Of a DNA stretch of 64,000 bases, positions 24,530 through 36,000 are shown in pieces; within the stretch, counting starts at the first letter, position 1; each line of letters starts with the position of its first letter. The notes under the pieces were generated by a model that saw only the letters and a program-made list of their open reading frames with translations, was not told the DNA's origin and made no database searches. Source of the DNA: Eledone cirrhosa (taxonomy: Eukaryota); NCBI GenBank assembly GCA_964016885.1, contig OZ024744.1, positions 126,108,001 through 126,172,000 of the forward strand. Direction: 5' to 3'. The position numbers and the translations under genes were made by a program.

Positions 24530-25285
24530 AGATATGGATTCTACAGGACTAAAACTCATTAATATGAGGGGTATTAGTAGATTATATGCCATATTTAATA
24601 GAGAAATGGCTTCTACAAGACTAAAACTCATTAATATGAGGGGTATTACAGTTTATATGCCATATTTAATACAGAAATGGCTTCTAAAGGACTAGAACTC
24701 TTTAAATTGAATAAAATAGTAGTATATATCCTATGTTTAATACAGAAATGCCTTCTAAAGGACTCATTAATATGAGGGTATTAGTAGATTATATAACATA
24801 TTTAATACAGAAATGGCTTTTAAATTCAGGGACTCGTTAATTTGATGGAAATAGTAGTGTCTATGCAATATTTAATACAGAAATAGCTTCTACAGGACTA
24901 AAACTAATTAATATGAGGGGTATTAGTAGTATATGTGCCATATTTAATACAGAGATGGCTTCTAAATGGAGGTATCTCATTAATTCGATTGAAATGGTAG
25001 TGTATATGCAATATTTAATACAGAAATAGCTTCTACAAGAATAAAACTCATTAATATGAAGGTTATTATTACATTATATGCCATATTTAATACAGAAATC
25101 GGTTCTAAAGGACTAGAACTCTTTAATTCAAATCAAATAGTAGTATAAAGCAATATTTACTACAGAAATGGCTTCTACAAGACTAAAAATCCTTAATATG
25201 AGGGGTATTGTTAGATTATATACCATATTTAATACAGAAATGGCTTCTAAATGAAGAAATCTCTTTAATTCGATAGTAATAGTAA
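24530..25285 (+). repeat. ~70-bp AT-rich minisatellite, ~11 units
   Basis: ATATTTAATACAGAAATGGCTTCTA recurring. Confidence 0.9.
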
Positions 25286-25931
25286 TAATAATAATAGTAA
25301 TAGTAATAATACAGCCAATTTTCCACGCAATACTTTTAGTTAGCACCCCGAACGCATAATTGGGAATATAATCACTTATTTCCTAATGTTTGTTGAGTGA
25401 GTTGGGAAAAAAAACTTGGGAAATATATTTTCAGGGTCTCAAAATCTTAAAGAGAAAAAAAAGTCCTGTGGAAGGTAGCAAAACAATTAGGAAGAAAATG
25501 GTTTGAAGTTGGTTGGTGAGTATAAGATTACAGTATCTTGTTGATTTCTATAAAGTTTACTTTTAACTGAATTGGTAAAAATGGATAAATTAGAAGACAC
25601 AATATAATAACTAATATTGTCTTCTAAAACAGGGAATAAAAATATGTTGGTGTATTGGGGGGGGGGGGGGGGTAAACATGTGAGTTAATGGGAATGTTTT
25701 TGTTTGTTTTTATTGAAACATATTCAATCTACAGATAGGTTGTTATAGTTATTTAGTCTCGGGTCTGCCATTATCTGCAGATTTATAATTGAGGGGTGTT
25801 CCAGGTGTGACCACCCTACATTATTCCTAGAGATTGTTACTCCTTCATTCTTCAGTCATCTTGGTCTTCTTATGAGATGGTGGTGTAGTCTTATTTATTG
25901 TTAAGGTTATGGTCTTCCTTTGTCCACACTC

Positions 25932-25973
<42 letters not shown>

Positions 25974-26059
25974 AAAGGCTTCCTTCTCTGGAAAAAGATG
26001 ATTTAATATTCACAACCATCTGTCTAATTGTTTTCTGATGAGAATAAAGTTAATCTTGC

Positions 26060-27000
26060 TTGTATGTCTACCTGATCAAATGACTGGCTGATATCTTGAA
26101 GTCATTTACACCACAGAACTGTAGGAGTCTTGATCCCTCAAGCCATACCTCTAGCCATCATGTACTCCAAAAGAGTCTCACCTTGGTGCTACTCAACATG
26201 TCCATTAAATTTAGCAGCAAGGATGCCCTCTTCTTAGTGAGAGACAACTACAAGAGAGGTTCTTAGAGAAGAATAAGCCACTATAGTTAACTTTTGTTGA
26301 CATAGAGAACCCCGATCTGTCATCTGGTGGTCCTTAAGGAAACTAGGTGTAGGGGAATGGCTTGTGAGGACAGTGCAAGCTATGTACAAGGGTGCTGTCA
26401 GTAAAGTGAGAGGAGGAATTCCAGAAACAAAGTAGGTGTACATCAGGGTTCGGTCCTCAGTCCGCTCTTGTTCATTATAGTCCTCCCTCCCTCCCTCCCT
26501 CCCTCCCTCCCTCCAAGCCATAACAGAGGAGGAGTAGTTTAAGACTGGATGCCCATGGGAACTTCTCTATGCTGACGATCTGGTTCTTATAGCAGAATCA
26601 GTAGAGGAGCTAGCTAGAGAATAAATTCTGGCTATGGAAACAGCAGTAGTTGGAATCAAGAAGACTGAGAGTGAACCTAGCTAAGACAAAAGTGTTTATA
26701 AGTAGAAGAGAGGACAAAACTCTGATTCTGTCAGGGAAATGGCCATGTTCGATATGTAGGAAAGGAGTTGGCATAAATTCTATGAAATGTAGTACGCAAT
26801 GCAGATCTTGGCTACACAAGAGATGTAGTGGGATAGCAGGAAAACTGACTGACAGGTAGGGAGAAATACGTATGCAGTAGATGTACAGGGAAATTTGACA
26901 GAGATTGCAGTGATAGACACATTTTTCAAATGCAGGTGGGATCTATAGAGGGAGTTGATAGCTTCTGATACCTAGGTGATCAGATTAGTAAGGGAGGAGG
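26060..27000 (+). mobile_element. RTE-clade LINE RT fragment (pseudogenised)
   Basis: GVHQGSVLSPLLF, PWELLYADDLVL, VNLAKTKV, then WPCSICRKGVG...C..C..WLHKRCSG. Confidence 0.8.
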
Positions 27001-27532
27001 GTGATATAAAATATATTGTTATCATGACTGTCTTTATTATTTAAATTACCTCTGTCTATTTACAGATTTTACAGAGTGTACTGGGTGCTTTTATGATGGG
27101 AGCAGCAACTCTATACGATTTTACAGAGTGTACTTGGTGCTTTTATCATGGCACATGGCAGCAGCAGCAGCAGCAACTACGATTTTACAGAGTGTACTTG
27201 GTGCTTTTTACTCTGACATCAGCACTGAGGAAGTTGTCATATTTTCAGCTAAATTAATGAGTAGAAAAACCAAGTTTCTGCTACAAAAAATTCTCAGATT
27301 CAAGGGAGACATTCAGTTTAAGTATGGTATACTGTCACTAAGGCAGCAAATTGGCAGAGTCGCTAGAATATCAGATAGCATTCTTTACATTATTTGTTTC
27401 AGCTCTCTGTTCTCTCAATTCAAATCCTGCTCAGGTCAACTTTGCCTTTCATCCATACAAAATAGATTAATAAAAGTACCAGTGTATTACTGGGGTCAAT
27501 TCTTCTTCTAACTCTTCTGCACTTCCATTCTC

Positions 27533-27571
<39 letters not shown>

Positions 27572-28041
27572 GCTTCTTTAGAACACATCTGCTGTATTCA
27601 GACCTGGAGCGGAGATGGGCTCCACCAAGTTTTAAAAATTGCCCTTTAAGCGCTGTATGTCAATATGGTGCCCCTATGATTCCCTCCCTCAGGAGTTATG
27701 GGACCATAGATACTGTCAATTGTAAAGAATAACAGAGATATTCAGTGCTAGTGTGGTGTTCTGTCAGTTGTGGAGATTGATGAATCTAAACAGAAATATC
27801 AACAGCACTTTTCATTTCTGAGTAACACATTTGTTACCAAGTGCTGCATGGCTGGAATGAAAATCAGTGCTGTGAAAACCAAGACATTCATCCTCTCAAG
27901 GAAGCTTGTGCAGTGCACTCTACATGTAAATGGAGTCCCACTGAAGCAGGTAGAAAAGTTCATGTATCTCGAAGCTGTGTTCACGAGTGATGACAGAGAC
28001 GGCAAAGGCACAACACACAACAGAAGAAAAGAACAATGACA

Positions 28042-28077
<36 letters not shown>

Positions 28078-28139
28078 TGTTTTATTAGTTTTATTATAAT
28101 AAAAATTGTGCTGTTAGTTTGCTTGCTATACCATCATGT

Positions 28140-28233
28140 ACCCTAACCCTAAACCTAACCCCAACTCCAACTCTGACCCTAAACCTAACCCCAACCCCAA
28201 CCCCAACCCTAACCCTAACCCTAACCCTAACCC
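28140..28233. repeat. Interstitial telomere-type (CCCTAA)n tract
   Basis: Degenerate then perfect CCCTAA hexamers running directly into the 172-bp array. Confidence 0.85.
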
Positions 28234-29510
28234 ACGATAGAAGACGTTCGTTACCGCTGGAGCAACGCAAATTACTCCTCGGTTGACGCCAAAAACGAAC
28301 GCCTTCTCGACGGCTAGCCGCATTTCGTGATCCGCCTTTCGATTGCGCTTCCGTCGCGGAAAAAGAATTGCCTTTATAGGCCGCCGCCGCCGCCCGACCG
28401 GACCCACGATAGAAGACGTTCGTTACCGCTGGAGCAACGCAAATTACTCCTCCTCGGTTGACGCCAAAAACGAACGCCTTCTCGACGGCTAGCCGCATTT
28501 CGTGATCCGCCTTTCGATTGCGCTTCCGTCGCGGAAAAAGAATTGCCTTTATAGGCCGCCGCCGCCGCCCGACCGGACCCACGATAGAAGACGTTCGTTA
28601 CCGCTGGAGCAACGCAAATTACTCCTCGGTTGACGCCAAAAACGAACGCCTTCTCGACGGCTAGCCGCATTTCGTGATCCGCCTTTCGATTGCGCTTCCG
28701 TCGCGGAAAAAGAATTGCCTTTATAGGCCGCCGCCGCCCGACCGGACCCACGATAGAAGACGTTCGTTACCGCTGGAGCAACGCAAATTACTCCTCGGTT
28801 GACGCCAAAAACGAACGCCTTCTCGACGGCTAGCCGCATTTCGTGATCCGCCTTTCGATTGCGCTTCCGTCGCGGAAAAAGAATTGCCTTTATAGGCCGC
28901 CGCCGCCGCCCGACCGGACCCACGATAGAAGACGTTCGTTACCGCTGGAGCAACGCAAATTACTCCTCGGTTGACGCCAAAAACGAACGCCTTCTCGACG
29001 GCTAGCCGCATTTCGTGATCCGCCTTTCGATTGCGCTTCCGTCGCGGAAAAAGAATTGCCTTTATAGGCCGCCGCCGCCGCCCGACCGGACCCACGATAG
29101 AAGACGTTCGTTACCGCTGGAGCAACGCAAATTACTCCTCGGTTGACGCCAAAAACGAACGCCTTCTCGACGGCTAGCCGCATTTCGTGATCCGCCTTTC
29201 GATTGCGCTTCCGTCGCGGAAAAAGAATTGCCTTTATAGGCCGCCGCCGCCGCCCGACCGGACCCACGATAGAAGACGTTCGTTACCGCTGGAGCAACGC
29301 AAATTACTCCTCGGTTGACGCCAAAAACGAACGCCTTCTCGACGGCTAGCCGCATTTCGTGATCCGCCTTTCGATTGCGCTTCCGTCGCGGAAAAAGAAT
29401 TGCCTTTATAGGCCGCCGCCGCCGCCCGACCGGACCCACGATAGAAGACGTTCGTTACCGCTGGAGCAACGCAAATTACTCCTCGGTTGACGCCAAAAAC
29501 GAACGCCTTC
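28231..29510 (+). repeat. 172-bp tandem repeat (7 full + 1 partial), rDNA intergenic-spacer-like
   Basis: Unit starts at 28231, 28403, 28578, 28747, 28919, 29091, 29263 and 29435; CpG-rich; ends 357 bp upstream of the 18S start. Confidence 0.9.
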
Positions 29511-29867
29511 CGGTTCGGGCGACGTAAAAGTCTGTAGCCTTTTCGACGATCCTCGACGATTATCCGCCTTCCGAACAACCGCCTTTCCGCCGTCACAGCA
29601 GTAGGTACTCGTCCGTCGTAATAGCCGTCATTTTAATGCAGGAGAAACGCCTAAATGCACTGCGATTGACGACGATCTACGACGCGCTTACTCTTCCTTG
29701 CTGCGACGAAGGTTTCGTTCGGCTTTTCGTCGTGGACCCGGTCAGGTCATGCCGCTGATCTCGCGTTGCGTCGTTACCGCTGGAGCAACGCAAATTACTC
29801 CTCGTTTAACGCCAACATCGAACGCGCTTCGGTTCTCGGTCGTCGTTGTTTTGTTTCGTGCGGAAGA
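29511..29867 (+). other. Putative 5' ETS-like leader
   Basis: GC-rich sequence between the spacer repeats and the 18S 5' end; positional inference. Confidence 0.55.
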
Positions 29868-30051
29868 TACCTGGGTGATCCTGCCAGTAGTCATATGCTT
29901 GTCTCAAAGCTTAAGCCATGCAAGTGGAAGTTCATGCCGTAAACGAAAATGGTGAAACCGCGAATGGCTCAGGAACCGGATCTAATCCTCGGGACCGTAT
30001 TCCTCACCGCGAGGAGAGGATAACTGTGGCAATTCTAGAGCTAATACATGC
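29868..30051 (+). pseudogene. 18S rRNA 5' fragment (diverged, truncated)
   Basis: TACCTGGgTGATCCTGCCAGTAGTCATATGCTTGTCTCAAAG..TTAAGCCATGCA, GAAACCGCGAATGGCTCA, GGATAACTGTGGcAATTCTAGAGCTAATACATGC. Confidence 0.93.
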
Positions 30052-33000
30052 AATTGAGATCGGAGAGGGAGCGATCCGTCTGCTTGATTCCGATAACGAA
30101 CGAGACATTCGTATCCGAAAGAACGTTTGTCTGGAAACTGGTGCAGTCAGTGAGTCGAAAAAAAAATATCTCGGTGGTAGTAGCAAATATTCGAACGAGA
30201 CATTCGTATGCGAAAGAACGTTTGTCGGTGGTAGTAGCAAATATTCGAACGAGACATTCGTATCCGAAAGAACGTTTGTCTGGAAACTGGTGAGTCAGTG
30301 AGTCGAAAAAAAAATATCTCGGTGGTAGTAGCAAATATTCGTATGCGAAAGAAAAGATCTCGGTGGTAGTAGCAAATATTCGAACGAGACATTCGTAGGC
30401 GAAAGAAAAATATCTCGGTGGTAGTAGCAAATATTCGAACGAGACATTCGTATGCGAAAGAACGTTTGTCGGTGGTAGTAGCAAATATTCGAACGAGACA
30501 TTCGTATGCGAAAGAACGTTTGTCTGGAAGTGGCGATCCATGCCCGGTGGATAGTTGGTTCCGGGTTTTACTATGATTGTTGCAAAACAGAAACTTAAAG
30601 GGATTGACAGAATTTGCGATTCCGGAGAGGGGGCGATCCGTCTGCTTGATTCCGATAACGAACGAGACATTCGTATCCGAAAGAACGTTTGTCTGGAAAC
30701 TGGTGAGTCAGTGAGTCGAAAAAAAAAATATCTCGGTGGTAGTAGCAAATATTCGAACGAGACATTCGTATGCGAAAGAACGTTTGTCGGTGGTAGTAGC
30801 AAATATTCGAACGAGACATTCGTATGCGAAAGAACGTTTGTCTGGAAGTGGCGATCCATGCCCGGTGGATAGTTGGTTCCGGGTTTTACTATGATTGTTG
30901 CAAAACAGAAACTTAAAGGGATTGACAGAATTTGCGATTCCGGAGAGGGGGCGATCCGTCTGCTTGATTCCGATAACGAACGAGACATTCGTATCCGAAA
31001 GAACGTTTGTCTGGAAACTGGTGAGTCAGTGAGTCGAAAAAAAAATATCTCGGTGGTAGTAGCAAATATTCGAACGAGACATTCGTATGCGAAAGAACGT
31101 TTGTCGGTGGTAGTAGCAAATATTCGAACGAGACATTCGTATGCGAAAGAACGTTTGTCTGGAAGTGGCGATCCATGCCCGGTGGATAGTTGGTTCCGGG
31201 TTTTACTATGATTGTTGCAAAACAGAAACTTAAAGGGATTGACAGAATTTGCGATTACGGAGAGGGGGCGATCCGTCTGCTTGATTCCGATAACGAACGA
31301 GACATTCGTATCCGAAAGAACGTTTGTCTGGAAACTGGTGAGTCGAAAAAAAAATATCTCGGTGGTAGTAGCAAATATTCGTATGCGAAAGAAAAGATCT
31401 CGGTGGTAGTAGCAAATATTCGAACGAGACATTCGTAGGCGAAAGAAAAATATCTCGGTGGTAGTAGCAAATATTCGAACGAGACATTCGTATGCGAAAG
31501 AACGTTTGTCGGTGGTAGTAGCAAATATTCGAACGAGACATTCGTATGCGAAAGAACGTTTGTCGGTGGTAGTAGCAAATATTCGAACGAGACATTCGTA
31601 TGCGAAAGAACGTTTGTCTGGAAGTGGCGATCCATGCCCGGTGGATAGTTGGTTCCGGGTTTTACTATGATTGTTGCAAAACAGAAACTTAAAGGGATTG
31701 ACAGAATTTGCGATTCCGGAGAGAGGGCGATCCGTCTGCTTGATTCCGATAACGAACGAGACATTCGTATCCGAAAGAACGTTTGTCTGGAAACTGGTGA
31801 GTCAGTGAGTCGAAAAAAAAATATCTCGGTGGCAGTAGCAAATATTCGAACGAGACATTCGTATGCGAAAGAACGTTTGTCGGTGGTAGTAGCAAATATT
31901 CGAACGAGACATTCGTATGCGAAAGAACGTTTGTCTGGAAGTGGCGATCCATGCTCGGTGGATAGTTGGTTCCGGGTTTTACTATGATTGTTGCAAAACA
32001 GAAACTTAAAGGGATTGACAGAATTTGCGATTCCGGAGAGGGGGCGATCCGTCTGCTTGATTCCGATAACGAACGAGACATTCGTATCCGAAAGAACGTT
32101 TGTCTGGAAACTGGTGAGTCAGTGAGTCGAAAAAAAAATATCTCGGTGGTAGTAGCAAATATTCGTATGCGAAAGAAAAGATCTCGGTGGTAGTAGCAAA
32201 TATTCGAACGAGACATTCGTAGGCGAAAGAAAAATATCTCGGTGGTAGTAGCAAATATTCGAACGAGACATTCGTATTCGAAAGAACGTTTGTCTGGAAG
32301 TTGCGATCCATGCCCTGTGGATAGTTGGTTCCGGGTTTTACTATGATTGTTGCAAAACAGAAACTTAAAGGGATTGACAGAATTTGCGATTCCGGAGAGG
32401 GGGCAATCCGTCTGCTTGATTCCGATAACGAACGAGACATTCGTATCCGAAAGAACGTTTGTCTGGAAACTGGTGAGTCAGTGAGTCGAAAAAAAAAATA
32501 TCTCGGTGGTAGTAGCAAATATTCGAACGAGACATTCGTATGCGAAAGAACGTGTGTCGGTGGTAGTAGCAAATATTCGAACGAGACATTCGTATGCGAA
32601 AGAACGTTTGTCTGGAAGTGGCGATCCATGCTCGGTGGATAGTTGGTTCCGGGTTTTACTATGATTGTTGCAAAACAGAAACTTAAAGGGATTGACAGAA
32701 TTTGCGATTCCGGAGAGGGGGCGATCCGTCTGCTTGATTTCGATAACGAACGAGACATTCGTATCCGAAAGAACGTTTGTCTGGAAACTGGTGAGTCAGT
32801 GAGTCGAAAAAAAAAATATCTCGGTGGTAGTAGCAAATATTCGAACGAGACATTCGTATGCGAAAGAACGTTTGTCGGTGGTAGTAGCAAATATTCGAAC
32901 GAGACATTCGTATGCGAAAGAACGTTTGTCGGTGGTAGTAGCAAATATTCGAACGAGACATTCGTATGCGAAAGAACGTTTGTCTGGAAGTGGCGATCCA

Positions 33001-36000
33001 TGCCCGGTGGATAGTTGGTTCCGGGTTTTACTATGATTGTTGCAAAACAGAAACTTAAAGGGATTGACAGAATTTGCGATTCCAGAGAGAGGGCGATCCG
33101 TCTGCTTGATTCCGATAACGAACGAGACATTCGTATCCGAAAGAACGTTTGTCTGGAAACTGGTGAGTCAGTGAGTCGAAAAAAAAATATCTCGGTGGTA
33201 GTAGCAAATATTCGAACGAGACATTCGTATGCGAAAGAACGTTTGTCGGTGGTAGTAGCAAATATTCGAACGAGACATTCGTATGCGAAAGAACGTTTGT
33301 CTGGAAGTGGCGATCCATGCCCGGTGGATAGTTGGTTCCGGGTTTTACTATGATTGTTGCAAAACAGAAACTTAAAGGGATTGACAGAATTTGCGATTCC
33401 GGAGAGGGGGCGATCCGTCTGCTTGATTCCGATAACGAACGAGACATTCGTATCCGAAAGAACGTTTGTCTGGAAACTGGTGAGTCAGTGAGTCGAAAAA
33501 AAAAATATCTCGGTGGTAGTAGCAAATATTCGAACGAGACATTCGTATGCGAAAGAACGTTTGTCGGTGGTAGTAGCAAATATTCGAACGAGACATTCGT
33601 ATGCGAAAGAACGTTTGTCTGGAAGTGGCGATCCATGCCCGGTGGATAGTTGGTTCCGGGTTTTACTATGATTGTTGCAAAACAGAAACTTAAAGGGATT
33701 GACAGAATTTGCGATTCCGGAGAGGGGGCGATCCGTCTGCTTGATTCCGATAACGAACGAGACATTCGTATCCGAAAGAACGTTTGTCTGGAAACTGGTG
33801 AGTCAGTGAGTCGAAAAAAAAAATATCTCGGTGGTAGTAGCAAATATTCGAACGAGACATTCGTATGCGAAAGAAAAATATCTCGGTGGTAGTAGCAAAT
33901 ATTCGAACGAGACATTCGTATGCGAAAGAACGTTTGTCTGGAAGTGGCGATCCATGCCCGGTGGATAGTTGGTTCCGGGTTTTACTATGATTGTTGCAAA
34001 ACAGAAACTTAAAGGGATTGACAGAATTTGCGATTCCGGAGAGGGGGCGATCCGTCTGCTTGATTCCGATAACGAACGAGACATTCGTATCCGAAAGAAC
34101 GTTTGTCTGGAAACTGGTGAGTCAGTGAGTCGAAAAAAAAAATATCTCGGTGGTAGTAGCAAATATTCGAACGAGACATTCGTATGCGAAAGAACGTTTG
34201 TCGGTGGTAGTAGCAAATATTCGAACGAGACATTCGTATGCGAAAGAACGTTTGTCGGTGGTAGTAGCAAATATTCGAACGAGACATTCGTATGCGAAAG
34301 AACGTTTGTCTGGAAGTGGCGATCCATGCCCGGTGGATAGTTGGTTCCGGGTTTTACTATGATTGTTGCAAAACAGAAACTTAAAGGGATTGACAGAATT
34401 TGCCATTCCGGAGAGGGGGCGATCCGTCTGCTTGATTCCGATAACGAACGAGACATTCGTATCCGAAAGAACGTTTGTCTGGAAACTGGTGAGTCAGTGA
34501 GTCGAAAAAAAAATATCTCGGTGGTAGTAGCAAATATTCGAACGAGACATTCGTATGCGAAAGAACGTTTGTCTGGAAGTGGCGATCCATGCTCGGTGGA
34601 TAGTTGGTTCCGGGTTTTACTATGATTGTTGCAAAACAGAAACTTAAAGGGATTGACAGAATTTGCGATTCCGGAGAGGGGGCGATCCGTCTGCTTGATT
34701 CCGATAACGAACGAGACATTCGTATCCGAAAGAACGTTTGTCTGGAAACTGGTGAGTCAGTGAGTCGAAAAAAAAATATCTCGGTGGTAGTAGCAAATAT
34801 TCGTATGCGAAAGAAAAGATCTCGGTGGTAGTAGCAAATATTCGAACGAGACATTCGTAGGCGAAAGAAAAATATCTCGGTGGTAGTAGCAAATATTCGA
34901 ACGAGACATTCGTATTCGAAAGAACGTTTGTCTGGAAGTTGCGATCCATGCCCGGTGGATAGTTGGTTCCGGGCTTTACTATGATTGTTGCAAAACAGAA
35001 ACTTAAAGGGATTGACAGAATTTGCGATTCCGGAGAGGGGGCGATCCGTCTGCTTGATTTCGATAACGAACGAGACATTCGTATCCGAAAGAACGTTTGT
35101 CTGGAAACTGGTGAGTCAGTGAGTCGAAAAAAAAAATATCTCGGTGGTAGTAGCAAATATTCGAACGAGACATTCGTATGCGAAAGAACGTTTGTCGGTG
35201 GTAGTAGCAAATATTCGAACGAGACATTCGTATGCGAAAGAACGTTTGTCGGTGGTAGTAGCAAATATTCGAACGAGACATTCGTATGCGAAAGAACGTT
35301 TGTCTGGAAGTGGCGATCCATGCCCGGTGGATAGTTGGTTCCGGGTTTTACTATGATTGTTGCAAAACAGAAACTTAAAGGGATTGACAGAATTTGCGAT
35401 TCCAGAGAGAGGGCGATCCGTCTGCTTGATTCCGATAACGAACGAGACATTCGTATCCGAAAGAACGTTTGTCTGGAAACTGGTGAGTCAGTGAGTCGAA
35501 AAAAAAATATCTCGGTGGTAGTAGCAAATATTCGAACGAGACATTCGTATGCGAAAGAACGTTTGTCGGTGGTAGTAGCAAATATTCGAACGAGACATTC
35601 GTATGCGAAAGAACGTTTGTCTGGAAGTGGCGATCCATGCCCGGTGGATAGTTGGTTCCGGGTTTTACTATGATTGTTGCAAAACAGAAACTTAAAGGGA
35701 TTGACAGAATTTGCGATTCCGGAGAGGGGGCGATCCGTCTGCTTGATTCCGATAACGAACGAGACATTCGTATCCGAAAGAACGTTTGTCTGGAAACTGG
35801 TGAGTCAGTGAGTCGAAAAAAAAAATATCTCGGTGGTAGTAGCAAATATTCGAACGAGACATTCGTATGCGAAAGAAAAATATCTCGGTGGTAGTAGCAA
35901 ATATTCGAACGAGACATTCGTATGCGAAAGAACGTTTGTCTGGAAGTGGCGATCCATGCCCGGTGGATAGTTGGTTCCGGGTTTTACTATGATTGTTGCA

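Noticed and set aside
28094-29596. Repeated ~125-aa minus-strand ORFs
   Set aside because: By-product of the GC-rich 172-bp tandem repeat
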